Positions 11,265-22,339 of a stretch of 64,000 nt of DNA are shown in pieces; the first letter of the stretch is position 1, and every line of letters starts with the position of its first letter. Source of the stretch: Macrostomum lignano (Eukaryota); contig NIVC01000583.1 of NCBI GenBank assembly GCA_002269645.1, forward strand, positions 248,001 to 312,000, read 5' to 3'. Made by a program: the position numbers and the translations under genes. Below the pieces are notes generated by a model. That model saw only the letters and a program-made list of their open reading frames with translations. It made no database searches and was not told the origin of the DNA.

Positions 11265-12200
11265 AAATTGACTGCCTGCAATTTAACTGACAAAGACAAT
11301 TGACTGCCTGCAATTTAACTGCCACAGACAATTGACTGTCAGAAATTTAACTGCCAAAGACAATTGACTGGAGGATATTTAACTGCCAAAGACAATTGAC
11401 TGGAGGATATTTAACTGCCAAAGACAATTGACTGGAGGATATTTAACTGCCAAAGACAATTGACTGGAGGATATTTAACTGCCAAGACAATTGACTGGAG
11501 GATATTTAACTGCCAAGACAATTGACTGGAGGATATTTAACTGCCAAAGACAATTGACTGGAGGATATTTAACTGCTACGGACAATTGACTGCCTGCAAT
11601 TAAACTGACACAGATAATTGACTGCCTGCAATTAAACTGACACAGATAATTGACTGCCTGCAATTAAACTGACACAGATAATTGACTGCCTGCAATTAAA
11701 CTGACACAGATAATTGACTGCCTGCAATTAAACTGACACAGATAATTGACTGCCTGCAATTAAACTGACACAGATAATTGACTGCCTGCAATTAAACTGA
11801 CACAGATAATTGACTGCCTGCAATTAAACTGACACAGACAATCGACTGCCTGCAATTTAACTGACACAGACAATTTACTGCCTCCAATTTAACTGACACA
11901 GACAATTTACTGCCTCCAATTTAACTGACACAGACAATTTACTGCCTCCAATTTAACTGACACAGACAATTTACTGCCTCCAATTTAACTGACACAGACA
12001 ATTTACTGCCTCCAATTTAACTGACACAGACAATTTACTGCCTCCAATTTAACTGACACAGACAATTTACTGCCTCCAATTTAACTGACACAGACAATTT
12101 ACTGCCTCCAATTTAACTGACACAGACAATTTACTGCCTCCAATTTAACTGACACAGACAATTTACTGCCTCCAATTTAACTGACACAGACAATTGACTG
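11265..12200. repeat. Minisatellite of ~29-bp units (GACAATTGACTGCCTGCAATTTAACTGAC variants, in sub-blocks)
   Basis: About 30 tandem units, no spacers. Confidence 0.95.
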
Positions 12201-12751
12201 CCTCGTAGGAAGAATTGGGCCTGTGAGTCTTTGAATGCTTCGTGGCGATCGGTCTGTGTTATTGACGGAAACATTGGCAGGATTGAAAAATTTAGCCTAA
12301 AGAGAAATGCTAAATCCGTCAAATTAAACTTGAAGATACTTGTACAATTGAAAGGCACTGGTTGACCTGTATTATCTGCTAGATACATACTTATTGAGTT
12401 GTCCCCATGCTTTTATAATCGACAATCATCTTGGCAGCACGTGGCGATGACTGGAAGCAGAGCCTTGAAGTATTCGTAACACCTTGTTGCATCGTTGATC
12501 ATCAATAAAGTGACCTTGTGTGTCTCAATCGCTGGAAATAATTCTGAGATAATGACTAAATAAACAGAAAAACGCGTATATTGAAATAGTTTAAAAATTC
12601 AATTCAGTTTTTTGTTCACTTCGATTATTTAAAAATGAATCGATTGAAGAAATTCAGTTTTAGTTAGGGAAGTAAACAACACAGCAGCAGCGCGGTACGA
12701 AAGCCAATTGCTAAAAATAAAGTAAGAGGGCGATGCGCAGCGCGCAGACCA

Positions 12752-14200
12752 CTATGAGACGAGCCTGTCCGACCACTCGACAGTCCGAGAGTAAGCCGGC
12801 CGGTCGACTCCAACTGACCGACGTCGATTTGCCGAGTGTTGTCGTCGCTTTCGCTGCCGGTAATCCGGCTTTAAAGTTCGACCGCGACTAGGATACTGAC
12901 GGCCGTTTTCGGCGATTTTCGTTGAAACGGCACAGGTAAACCCGGTGCTGGCGCTGTTCACACTGGCGCTGCAAGTGCTGCTGCTGCTGCTGCTGGTGCT
13001 GGTGCTGGTCTCTAAGGAGCTCTGGCGGCTGGAGTTTTCAATGTACGAACTGCCCGGTCCCCACAGCCGCAAGCAGCGCTTTGCAACCAGCACTCTAGTC
13101 TTGGGGGGCTTTGTTGGGGCTTGGAACTGACTTTTGACGTCGCTGTACTCCGAAGATGCCGGAGAGGCTGACGTTGCAACGCCTGCTGCCTGGCGTGCGA
13201 CGTTGAATTCAACCACTTTAGTCGCTGTTCCGGGAGGCGCCGACGAAACGGAAGAAGAGTCCAAAGACAGGTGCAGCTTCTGTTCGCTGTTGTGACCAGA
13301 CGACAGGGAGCAAATGACAACGGAGTCGCGCGTCCGCTTAACTGATCTGGAATCAGCCGGTTTTTTAGTAGACGGCGCGGACGCTCCTGTGGCAATTGCG
13401 ACTGCCGCTGCAGCGGCCGCGTCCTCGGCCCCAGCGGAGTTGACAGCTTCATCGTCGACAACAACAGCGAACAGGAGCTCCTTCTTCTGACCAGCCTCCC
13501 TTGAGACAGCGTCAGCAGCGACGGGCTTTGCGGGGGAAGAGACGATCAGCTTAGAGCTGGCGCCGTGACGGTTGATCGGCACCGTGCAGCTGGCGGGTAC
13601 GGACATCTCCGGCTCGTCAGTTTCGACAAAGTGCTGGCGGTGCCGTAGCTTGCGAGCTTTCATATGGTAGGACGATCTCGCAGAAGTGAGCTGCTTCTGA
13701 TGCTGCTGCTGCTTAGCCGTGTCAGAGCAGACTTTGCTAGACTCGCTGATTCGCATTCGAGGAGTGTGCCTACATGCACGCTGACTACAATTGACAACTG
13801 TGCTATCGCTGCTGTCGCTGCAACTGGCGTCATTTGCGGAGCTGTTGCGCACCGAATAGTAGCTCTCACCGGAGTCCTGGCTAGTTGGCACTGACAGAAC
13901 CGCGACACCGTTAGATGCGTCGGCTCCGCGAGCACTCTCCGGCACCGACTGGGAATTGGTGACGCTCTCAACACCATCGGACGACTGCCTCAAGTACTTC
14001 AGTCGACGGCGACGCGGAACGCCAGCAGATGACTGCTTCTGGTGGCCGGCAACTCCGGTCCCGGCGAAGCGGCCAGTGCGGTAGAATCCGCCGCCAACGC
14101 CAGACGTTGACGGGCCTGGTTCGGCACCGTTTGGCATCAGCAGACGGACAACGTACAATTTCCGAATTTTCGTCATCAACCGATCAGTCCATGGCGGCAT
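12752..14200 (-). CDS. 482-aa Ser/Ala-rich low-complexity ORF, probably a host gene or a large terminal exon
   Basis: 1449-nt GC-rich ORF not made of tandem repeats, with CAG/GCT runs like the neighbouring host exons. No domain recognised and the true start is uncertain. Confidence 0.55.
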   Translation of the reverse strand: MPPWTDRLMTKIRKLYVVRLLMPNGAEPGPSTSGVGGGFYRTGRFAGTGVAGHQKQSSAGVPRRRRLKYLRQSSDGVESVTNSQSVPESARGADASNGVAVLSVPTSQDSGESYYSVRNSSANDASCSDSSDSTVVNCSQRACRHTPRMRISESSKVCSDTAKQQQHQKQLTSARSSYHMKARKLRHRQHFVETDEPEMSVPASCTVPINRHGASSKLIVSSPAKPVAADAVSREAGQKKELLFAVVVDDEAVNSAGAEDAAAAAAVAIATGASAPSTKKPADSRSVKRTRDSVVICSLSSGHNSEQKLHLSLDSSSVSSAPPGTATKVVEFNVARQAAGVATSASPASSEYSDVKSQFQAPTKPPKTRVLVAKRCLRLWGPGSSYIENSSRQSSLETSTSTSSSSSSTCSASVNSASTGFTCAVSTKIAENGRQYPSRGRTLKPDYRQRKRRQHSANRRRSVGVDRPAYSRTVEWSDRLVS

Positions 14201-14429
14201 GCCTGCTCTTCGGGCCGCCCGCAGTTGCGTATCCTTATTATCGGGCCCAGTTTGAGACGCACAAATAATCTGCTATATTTGCTTGCATCCCACTAAGCTT
14301 ATCTAGCTTTCCATGGAAGAGGCCAAGATGTCTATGGTAGCGATGGTCTATGCCAATCGCATTCTTGCATGGGAGTTAATTGTAATCTTTGAGTTAGTCT
14401 AAACAACAGATCTGCAGAAATTTTGCCCA

Positions 14430-14593
14430 CGAGTGACCATTGACAGCCAGTGACCATTGACAGCCAGTGACCATTGACAACCAGTGACCATTGACAGCCA
14501 GTGATCATTGACAGCCAGTGACCATTGACAGCCAGTGACCATTGACAGCCAGTGACCACTGACAGCCAGTGATCATTGACAGCCAGTGACCAT
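14430..14593. repeat. 17-bp minisatellite (CATTGACAGCCAGTGAC)
   Basis: About 9 tandem units. Confidence 0.95.
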
Positions 14594-15295
14594 TCTCATT
14601 CCTAGAGTTCCTTTTTTGATGATGGTGAACTAAAACATAAGCTGGCGAAGCAAGAGGGCGGCGAGTTTACCTTTGACAAGGAGTACTAGCACTATTGCCT
14701 AAGTCTAGAATCTAGATGGAATAAATAAGACAAGCAAGAACCGATACCTCCAGTTACAATCTGATTTGGAATTAACATGCCTGGTGATCGACAAAAGAAA
14801 CAACGTTTATTTTGCGTCATCAGTCTCTGTCGCCACTGCAAAGTTGAACGATGAAATAAAAAATGCAGATAAACACAGAAGTTATTAGCTAGCTAGTGTA
14901 GAAGCAGCGACAGTCCAGAGTAACTCATTCATAAGGTAAAGATGTTGCTCTGTACAGTACAGGGGTTGGGTCTTAACTTGTGATTTCAACAAGAGAAGCA
15001 ACTCTAAAAAATTAGCTCATTGCAGCAATACACAGCAGCTTACTCTTAAACTCTAAATGAGATTTGAAAACAGCACTCGCGTTTTTCTCAATTTGGTTCT
15101 CAAAGCTATCCTGCTGTTAGCAGTCAGCTCGCGCAACAAGGGGCAATTCACAAAAAATGAACAATTTACAATACCAACCAACATCAATCTCGAAATGTAG
15201 TCGGGGGTTAACAATTTTACAAGTAAGTTAGTTAGTTAATGCATGACAGCATACAAATATAAATTAGTAGGTCAGGAGGTCATAATAGTATATTA

Positions 15296-15646
15296 TTACT
15301 GCTGCTGCTGCTGCTGTTGCCCACCGGACTTGGCCGCCGCCTTTCCCTCGCAAGCAACAATCTTGACCTTGTCCACTCTGACAGTTTCCGAGACCTCTTT
15401 GAACTCGCAGTCCTTCAGCACGAAGGTCCAGACATTGTCACAGAATCTGTAGGTGCTCAGGCCGCCTTTGAAGCTGACTCTGGTCTTGACGCGGCTAGCC
15501 AAAGCCGTGTTAATGCACTGGTCGAATGTTTTTAGCACGAGCAGCGCCTGCTCACCATTCATGAGGCCGTCGCGGACCAGCTCATCCAGCGAGTCTTGAA
15601 GTGTCAATCCCAGCGTGGTGTTTCGGTACAGCTGATGGAAAGCCAT
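15296..15646 (-). CDS. GTF2A2: Transcription factor IIA gamma (small) subunit, intronless CDS, 116 aa
   Basis: Diagnostic sequence [15 protein letters not shown]......[13 protein letters not shown]...V....[21 protein letters not shown]......[12 protein letters not shown]. Start placed at MAFHQLYR. Confidence 0.97.
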   Translation of the reverse strand: MAFHQLYRNTTLGLTLQDSLDELVRDGLMNGEQALLVLKTFDQCINTALASRVKTRVSFKGGLSTYRFCDNVWTFVLKDCEFKEVSETVRVDKVKIVACEGKAAAKSGGQQQQQQQ

Positions 15647-15812
15647 GACAGTTTTTTGCTGCAGAGGAAAAATGAGCACCAATGTAAATTAAAGTATTTA
15701 GAAGTATTAGTCCTGTTTCGATTGTTAAATTATAAAGATACTTTTAAACAAGTTACAAGTCAAGGCCTAAGTGCATACTAATATTATATTAAGACCTTAA
15801 AATATGTCCCCA

Positions 15813-16147
15813 AGGGGGGCTTTAGCCCAGCGGTAGCGCAGCTGGTCTGGTGTGCCAGCGACCCAGGCTCGATTCCAAGTGCAGTCACATTAATTTAGGG
15901 CTGAATTGGAATTTCGGCTTGGCTCTGCTCGTGCAATTAACGGCCTTGAGAGCCAACCCCCCCCCCAAGGCGCAGTGAAGTGTACATGCCTAATGATAAT
16001 ATAAAGTTAGGGCCGCTGTACACTCCTGTGTGAGTGTGTGCCTGCTCAGGGGAGTCGGTGGAATGGGCAGTAATGCCTCTCGCCGGTTGTGTGCCTATGT
16101 CGCTTAAAGCCAGGGTGCACACAACCCCCCTGCCTCTAATAAAAAAA
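15813..16147 (+). mobile_element. tRNA-derived SINE, copy 1
   Basis: tRNA-like head with A box TAGCCCAGCGG and B box GGCTCGATTCC. A-rich tail. TSD AAAATATGTCCC on both sides. Second copy at 24989. Confidence 0.88.
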
Positions 16148-19012
16148 TATGTCCCAGTGTCATATTTTATTTCATCTATTTATATATATAATATAATCAT
16201 GCCTATATATTTAATTTAATGACATAATATAAGCTTTGATATAAATAAAACTTTATGAAGCTGTAAAGTAGTCATAAATGCTCCAATTACCCTAGCTAGA
16301 CATATATTCTAGACTAGCTAAGTTACCCTGACATACATTTATAATGTTGATTTTTATTTTATAGCTACTAAACTGAAGCAATATACAGTTCCTCTTAATG
16401 ATAAAAATGGTTCCAGTGGGATTAAGAATCAAATCTCCAGCACTCAAGTTTAAGTTTAGTACTCTAACTAACCATAGCTATAATTCCATATAGCCTGCAG
16501 GCCACATGGGGCACCAGGCCCCAGCTCGCTGACCTGCTACTCAGCCCACCTTGTAGAAGACTCTGCTGGGGCTAGGCGTGCTGCACCACTCTGACTGACA
16601 CCTTTCTCACTGACTTGCAGGCTCTGGGTCTTAACCCCTCAGTCTGCAGCTAGTCTGGACTCAGTTGTTTTCCACCAATGGGTGCTTTGCTGACCCCTGA
16701 GCCAGCATCTATTTAATAATAATAACAATATAATAATCACATATAGTGTATAGGGCTTTTATCTTAGTCACTCCACTAAAATAAAAATTGAAATAATAAA
16801 CTTTTTTCCAATAACTTGTTTATTAATAGCTTGTTTTAAAAACCTAGCATTTTCACAGAATTAACAAACATTTTGTTAATAAAAATATTGAAGAAGCATT
16901 TTTAGTCTATAAATTAGGTAAGTTTTGTTACTATCAATGATACTTTGATCAAAATGAATTAATGTTCCTAAAATATTTGTTGTTGTTTCAACAATAATTT
17001 TTTTTCATGACAATGAAAAAGACTACAGCTTAAAATATAGAAAATGGCTTTCATAATTTATGTTTAAATTTTAGAATTTTTTAATATATAGACCCTATAA
17101 TAACTAAAATATACCAATAGTAGGCCTATTCTAAGTATTGATACTAGGTAGGCCCTCTATGTAATAAAACTTCAAAAGCTTGGCAATCTTCAATAATCAT
17201 TTGCTAAATTCTAATTTGCACAAAAAATCTTTTTTAATGTCAAAACAAAAAAACAAACTAATAAACTATAAACAAAAAGTTAAGTTTGAGTTAAATCTAA
17301 TAACTTAGTTGCATGCTTGGATGTAACCCAGGGATTTACCTAGCCATTTCTATTGGCAATATACATATAAATTGCTATATGCTCAAAGTAGTCATGTGAC
17401 TATTATCTTGTTTAATGTCCAATATAAATGGCCAAATGAATCCCAAGGTTGTATATATATGGTAAGTCACTTGCAATTAGGTCTATTCAAGGTAATAATA
17501 CTTAATCTAATATATATTATTAAATATATTTTGTGGATATATCTTGTGCTAGAGGAACTCTTTAAGATGCAACTCATAGAATGTAGTACTTATACCATGC
17601 ATTGTATAGAAGCAAGCTTTGACATAAACCTATGTGCTTTTTAATAAGATTTATATAATTTGTTTCATCTTGCAAATTTACAAAGTATAGGCCCTAGCCA
17701 ATGGTTTACAATATTAGGCCTATGGCTATAGTGCTAGACTATATAATAATAAGATAAGAAATCTAGCAAAAAATCAATAGCAAGAATTTGAAGCTTCTTT
17801 GTGCCTTTTCTTCAGTTTACTATAGTTGTATAGAAAATCATTTTTCACTTTTTTTGCCTTTGTTTTGACTATGCTATATGCAGCTTTTTATCCTATAAAT
17901 ATCATTTCTATATTTTTTATTATAGTTGGTACAAATTTAGCACACATTTAAATTAAATAAATGATTCTTGAAGATTGCTAATGCCAATGGGTTATATTGA
18001 TTTAAGACTTATATACAAATATAAAAATTAAGAATAAAATAATTCTTTTAATAATAAGATCTGTTTGTTTTATCAATAACAAGATCTAGGCCTATTGCAG
18101 TTTAATCTATGTTTTTGGATTAGGCCCCTATTAACCAAAATATAGGCCTACTAAGCCATAACCCTAAATGTATATATAATGACCTAGGCTTAGCCTAGGC
18201 CTATAAATAATGTTTCTACTTTAACAACTCATTGACTCAGGTCTATCTATAACACTTTTAATAGGCCTACTCTATTGGAGCAATTATAGGTCTTTATATG
18301 ACTTAAATTAAATCTACAATGGTGAGAACTTTTGCAAAAATTGCTTGCATGGTTACAAATTAGGCCTATTAAATAAGTTTGTATCTTAGTTAGCATCTGC
18401 TTCTACTCTGCATAGCATATATATACATAGCATACATTGTGTATATATATATGCAATGTTTCAATAGGCAATCTACTAAACAAAAAATTTTTATTGGCTA
18501 AAAAGTTCTGCTTTTGTTGTCACTACTAGCTTTTGGCACACACATATGCTAGTAAGCTAGGCTAGGGTGGCTAGGCCTAGTCTAGCTTTAGATTAAAAGA
18601 GTCTATTCAATGTAGAACATTTTTGTTGACTAGTATAGTAAATTGACTTGTTGACGAGTTAATAACTTTACTAAAGCCAAGGACTTCTTTGAGTTTTGTA
18701 GGGCTATCTATGTCAAAAAGTTCCTAAACTTGTAGGTATACAGGTGCATTTTTCACCTTATGCACCTATGTGCCTAGAAATGCCGCAATGGTGTCTCCAC
18801 CATTTGACGTTTGCTCTAAAATAGGCCAAGTCCAAGGCAATATGTTTGTGATGGACCATAATAATTAATATCAAGAGATCAATGATAATAATAATATCAT
18901 CAACGATAAACATTGACAAGTTGGTGAAATTTGGTTTTAATCATTTCTTCTAAATAAATCACACAGCTTTTGATAGATACAAGAAACTACTTCAGTCACA
19001 GTTAGTTTTAGT

Positions 19013-21595
19013 TAGGGGGCAACCCAGTCCCGGGCCCGGGCCCGAAAAGTCGGGAATCCCGACCAAAATCGTGGCCCGACCCGGGCCCGGGCCCGAACCT
19101 AAAAAAGTCGGGAAATCGGGACAAGTCTTTTTTCCCTAAAGGCACTAACCGCGTGCGAATAAGAAAAAATTATTTTTCAACACATTCACACTAATTTACC
19201 CTTAATTCCAGCCCCAGGAAAATGCAACTGCAACTGCAAGGCATGACTGCATGAGGCATCTCTGTCTCTGGTCGGTCACTGACCTCACCTCGACCTCACC
19301 TGACCTGACTGTGAGCGGTCTGTGATTCTATGAAGCTGTCGGTCACTCACTGTCACTGGTGACTGGTGTCAGTCAAGCTCAAGCCTGTCTGCCCTGCCCC
19401 GGCTGTCCGTGAAGTTCGGTGATGTCTGGTGCTGCTCCCATCCCGATTCCCGATGTCCAGTCCAGGTCCAGGCTGCCAAGTCAGAGTGCCAATGCCGACT
19501 CCCGTTCCCGTTCCGTCACCGTCCTGAGTCTTGGACAGCTGGACTCCTGTCCTGAGTCCTGACTCCCACTCGAGCTTGAGTCAAGTAACCCACTCACTTA
19601 ACTAAACAGTCAGATTCGAATTTTCGAGTGTACATGTACGACAATAAAATTACATACTGTTCAAAATTGATGATACATATCATACAATATACATACAATA
19701 TAGATATATGTATATATATATATGTAATACTGATAGACTGATAGTGATATCATATCTGATACCGATTTATTGAAATTGACATCGTAAAAGATTACTGACT
19801 TCTGAGTTTTGACTTTTTCCTTTTTTATCACTTTCGTTTCGTCTGGACTCCTGGAGTGGAGAAGAGAAGTTGAGTGGAGGCCGAGGCCCGAGGGTGGACT
19901 GGACTGGACTTTGAACTTTCTGGGCTCGTGGAGTGGAGTCGTGTCGTGTCTGAGGCGTGAGTCGTGACTTGTGACTGATTCGTGATTCGCGAGTTTTGTT
20001 TTGACCGTGACGGTGACTCGTGATTGTGTAGTGACTCGTGAGTCGTGATCGTGACTCCGTAAGTGACGGACTACAGACGGAGTGCTAAAAATCACTGCTA
20101 GGCTAGTGCTATAAGTATCGAGTAATTATTACTGTCACTTTCGTTAAAATTATACAGTGTAGTGTAGTGTACTCTAATCAATAATCATTTCATCGTCATC
20201 CGTCATGTCAGGTCAGTGGTCAGGACTCAGGACTCAGGATCAGGACAGCACAACACTCAGTTAAGCATCGCATCAGTAATAGTAATAGATTTAGTATATT
20301 TAGATGATATGATGTGAAGTAGCAATATCATTGATTCGTAGTAGGCTCTTAGCGTGAGCGTCTGTGACCGTGAGCGTCAGCCACAGCCAGTTTCCACTTT
20401 CCAGGAAGATCGGATTTTTTTCCAGGAAGATAAAATTAAAACATAGTTTTGCAATACTTTTTTGCAATATTGATTCCACTTTACACGCTGCAGGCTGCAG
20501 CCTGAAAGCAAAAATATGATTCTTTAAAAAGTTTATTTGTCATTTTTAAGCTTTTGTAAATAACATTTCCTATTTACATTCCAAGAAGGCTACCATTTTT
20601 CCAAGAAGTTTGCTATCTATTAGAGTTTGTAATCGTGTTCATATTTGTATCGTAGGTAGTCGTAGTCGTAGACTTGTAGTATCGTATTCGTAATCATATT
20701 CGTTTAAGTAGGTAGGTGAGCAGGTAGGCAGGTATCAGCTAATTACTTGTATTTCCATTGTCTGTTTGCCTGTTCTGTTGAGACAGTTGAGTGTTGTGTT
20801 GTGTTGTAACTTCACTTGTGTTCTGTTCTGTTATCTTGTCTTGTTGTCTTACTGAATACTGACTGTGTACATGGCTCTTTACATTGAAGCTATGTAAAGG
20901 AACTAAAAATTTAAATAAAAGAATCAATCAATTGATTTGGTTCTTACTTCCTTACTGCTTCCAATGCCAAGTGCCTTACACTTAATGCTTCAGCTTTTCT
21001 TCTTTTGCTTACTGCCACTGCCAGTGCCAGCCGCACTGCCGCAGTGACTGCTTGCCTACCTCACTGCTTGTTAGTATCACTGTCACTGGCACACACACAG
21101 TACTTGTGCCACACACTCACACAGTGACATTGAATTTGAACTATTGAGTATATTGATATTTGAGTATTAAGTCTTTTAATGTAACTCTTATCTTATTCTG
21201 AAGTCTTAACTAATGTATTAAATAATAATAATATTTATTGTATATTTATTATATTTAAATTTAAATATTTATTATATTTAATATAATATATTATATTTAT
21301 TATATTTATATATTATTATATATTTAATATATTTATATATTATAATATATTTAATGTTTATCATATATTTATTATACATTTAATATATTATATTAAATTT
21401 AATATATTGATATATTTATTATATATTTAATAGTAATCCGCATATGCTAAAAGTATTAAGATTTATTATGATTTTTTTCCAATTATTGAGCTGTCCTAAA
21501 GATCTTGTCCCGAATTCCCGAGGCCCGACCCGGGCCCGAGTCCTCATTCCCGGGCCCGACCCGGGCCCGACTTTGGCCGTCCCGGTCGCCCCCTA
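19013..21595. mobile_element. Non-autonomous hAT-like DNA transposon, 2583 bp
   Basis: TIR TAGGGGGCAACC / GGTCGCCCCCTA. Perfect 8-bp TSD GTTTTAGT (19005-19012, 21596-21603). CCCGGGCCCGA subterminal repeats at both ends. No transposase ORF. Confidence 0.92.
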
Positions 21596-22339
21596 GTTTT
21601 AGTATATGCAATGCTTTGTGCTGTGTTTTGAAGTTACCATGTCTATTTCCATTTTTAATTCCAGGATAATTATTTTATAATCCTATCGATTTTAAATCTT
21701 CAAAATCGCATAAACTTCTGTCGTGAGGTCTCTCACCCGTTGCTAACAAAAGTTTAAAATCAAAACAATAACGATCTGTTATCTGCAAATTGTAATTGGG
21801 CTAGTTAAACACAATTTTTACTTCAGTTTAATCGAAAGAAATTCGTGCGTGCCTAGTCATGGTAAAAATCTATAAGCAGCTTTACAGGAGTACAGGAGCT
21901 CCGCCGTCATTGGGAGACGGGATCGTTTTTAGAAAAGCTTGGGAATAGCTACAACCGAAGATAAAACGCTACTTAGGGCGTCTGTCGGAAGTTTGTTACA
22001 CCAACCAGATGACTTTTCAGCAGGGTTTACATATGCAGCTGTGATTGCTGTGATTTTGAAAAAATAAACGATTTAATGTCGATGGTTATAGGCACATTAG
22101 GCAGTCTACTAATAGTAATAATACTTGTACGTGTACATTGTACATACAGTAAATCCGACGGTCAATAAGCTTGCTATTGAGTAAATATGCACCTATTGGA
22201 CCTTACTTCTGCGTAATATTGTACGTAGCAGATATTAAATTATAATACAAACAGTACGGAAAGCGCAGACTCGACTAACATGTAATATATACATACATAC
22301 ATACATACATACATACATAAAATACATACATTACATTAC

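Noticed and set aside
15813-15890. Functional tRNA genes at 15813 and 24989
   Set aside because: No convincing cloverleaf or acceptor stem, and each is followed by a shared body and A-tail, with a TSD on copy 1. These are SINE heads.
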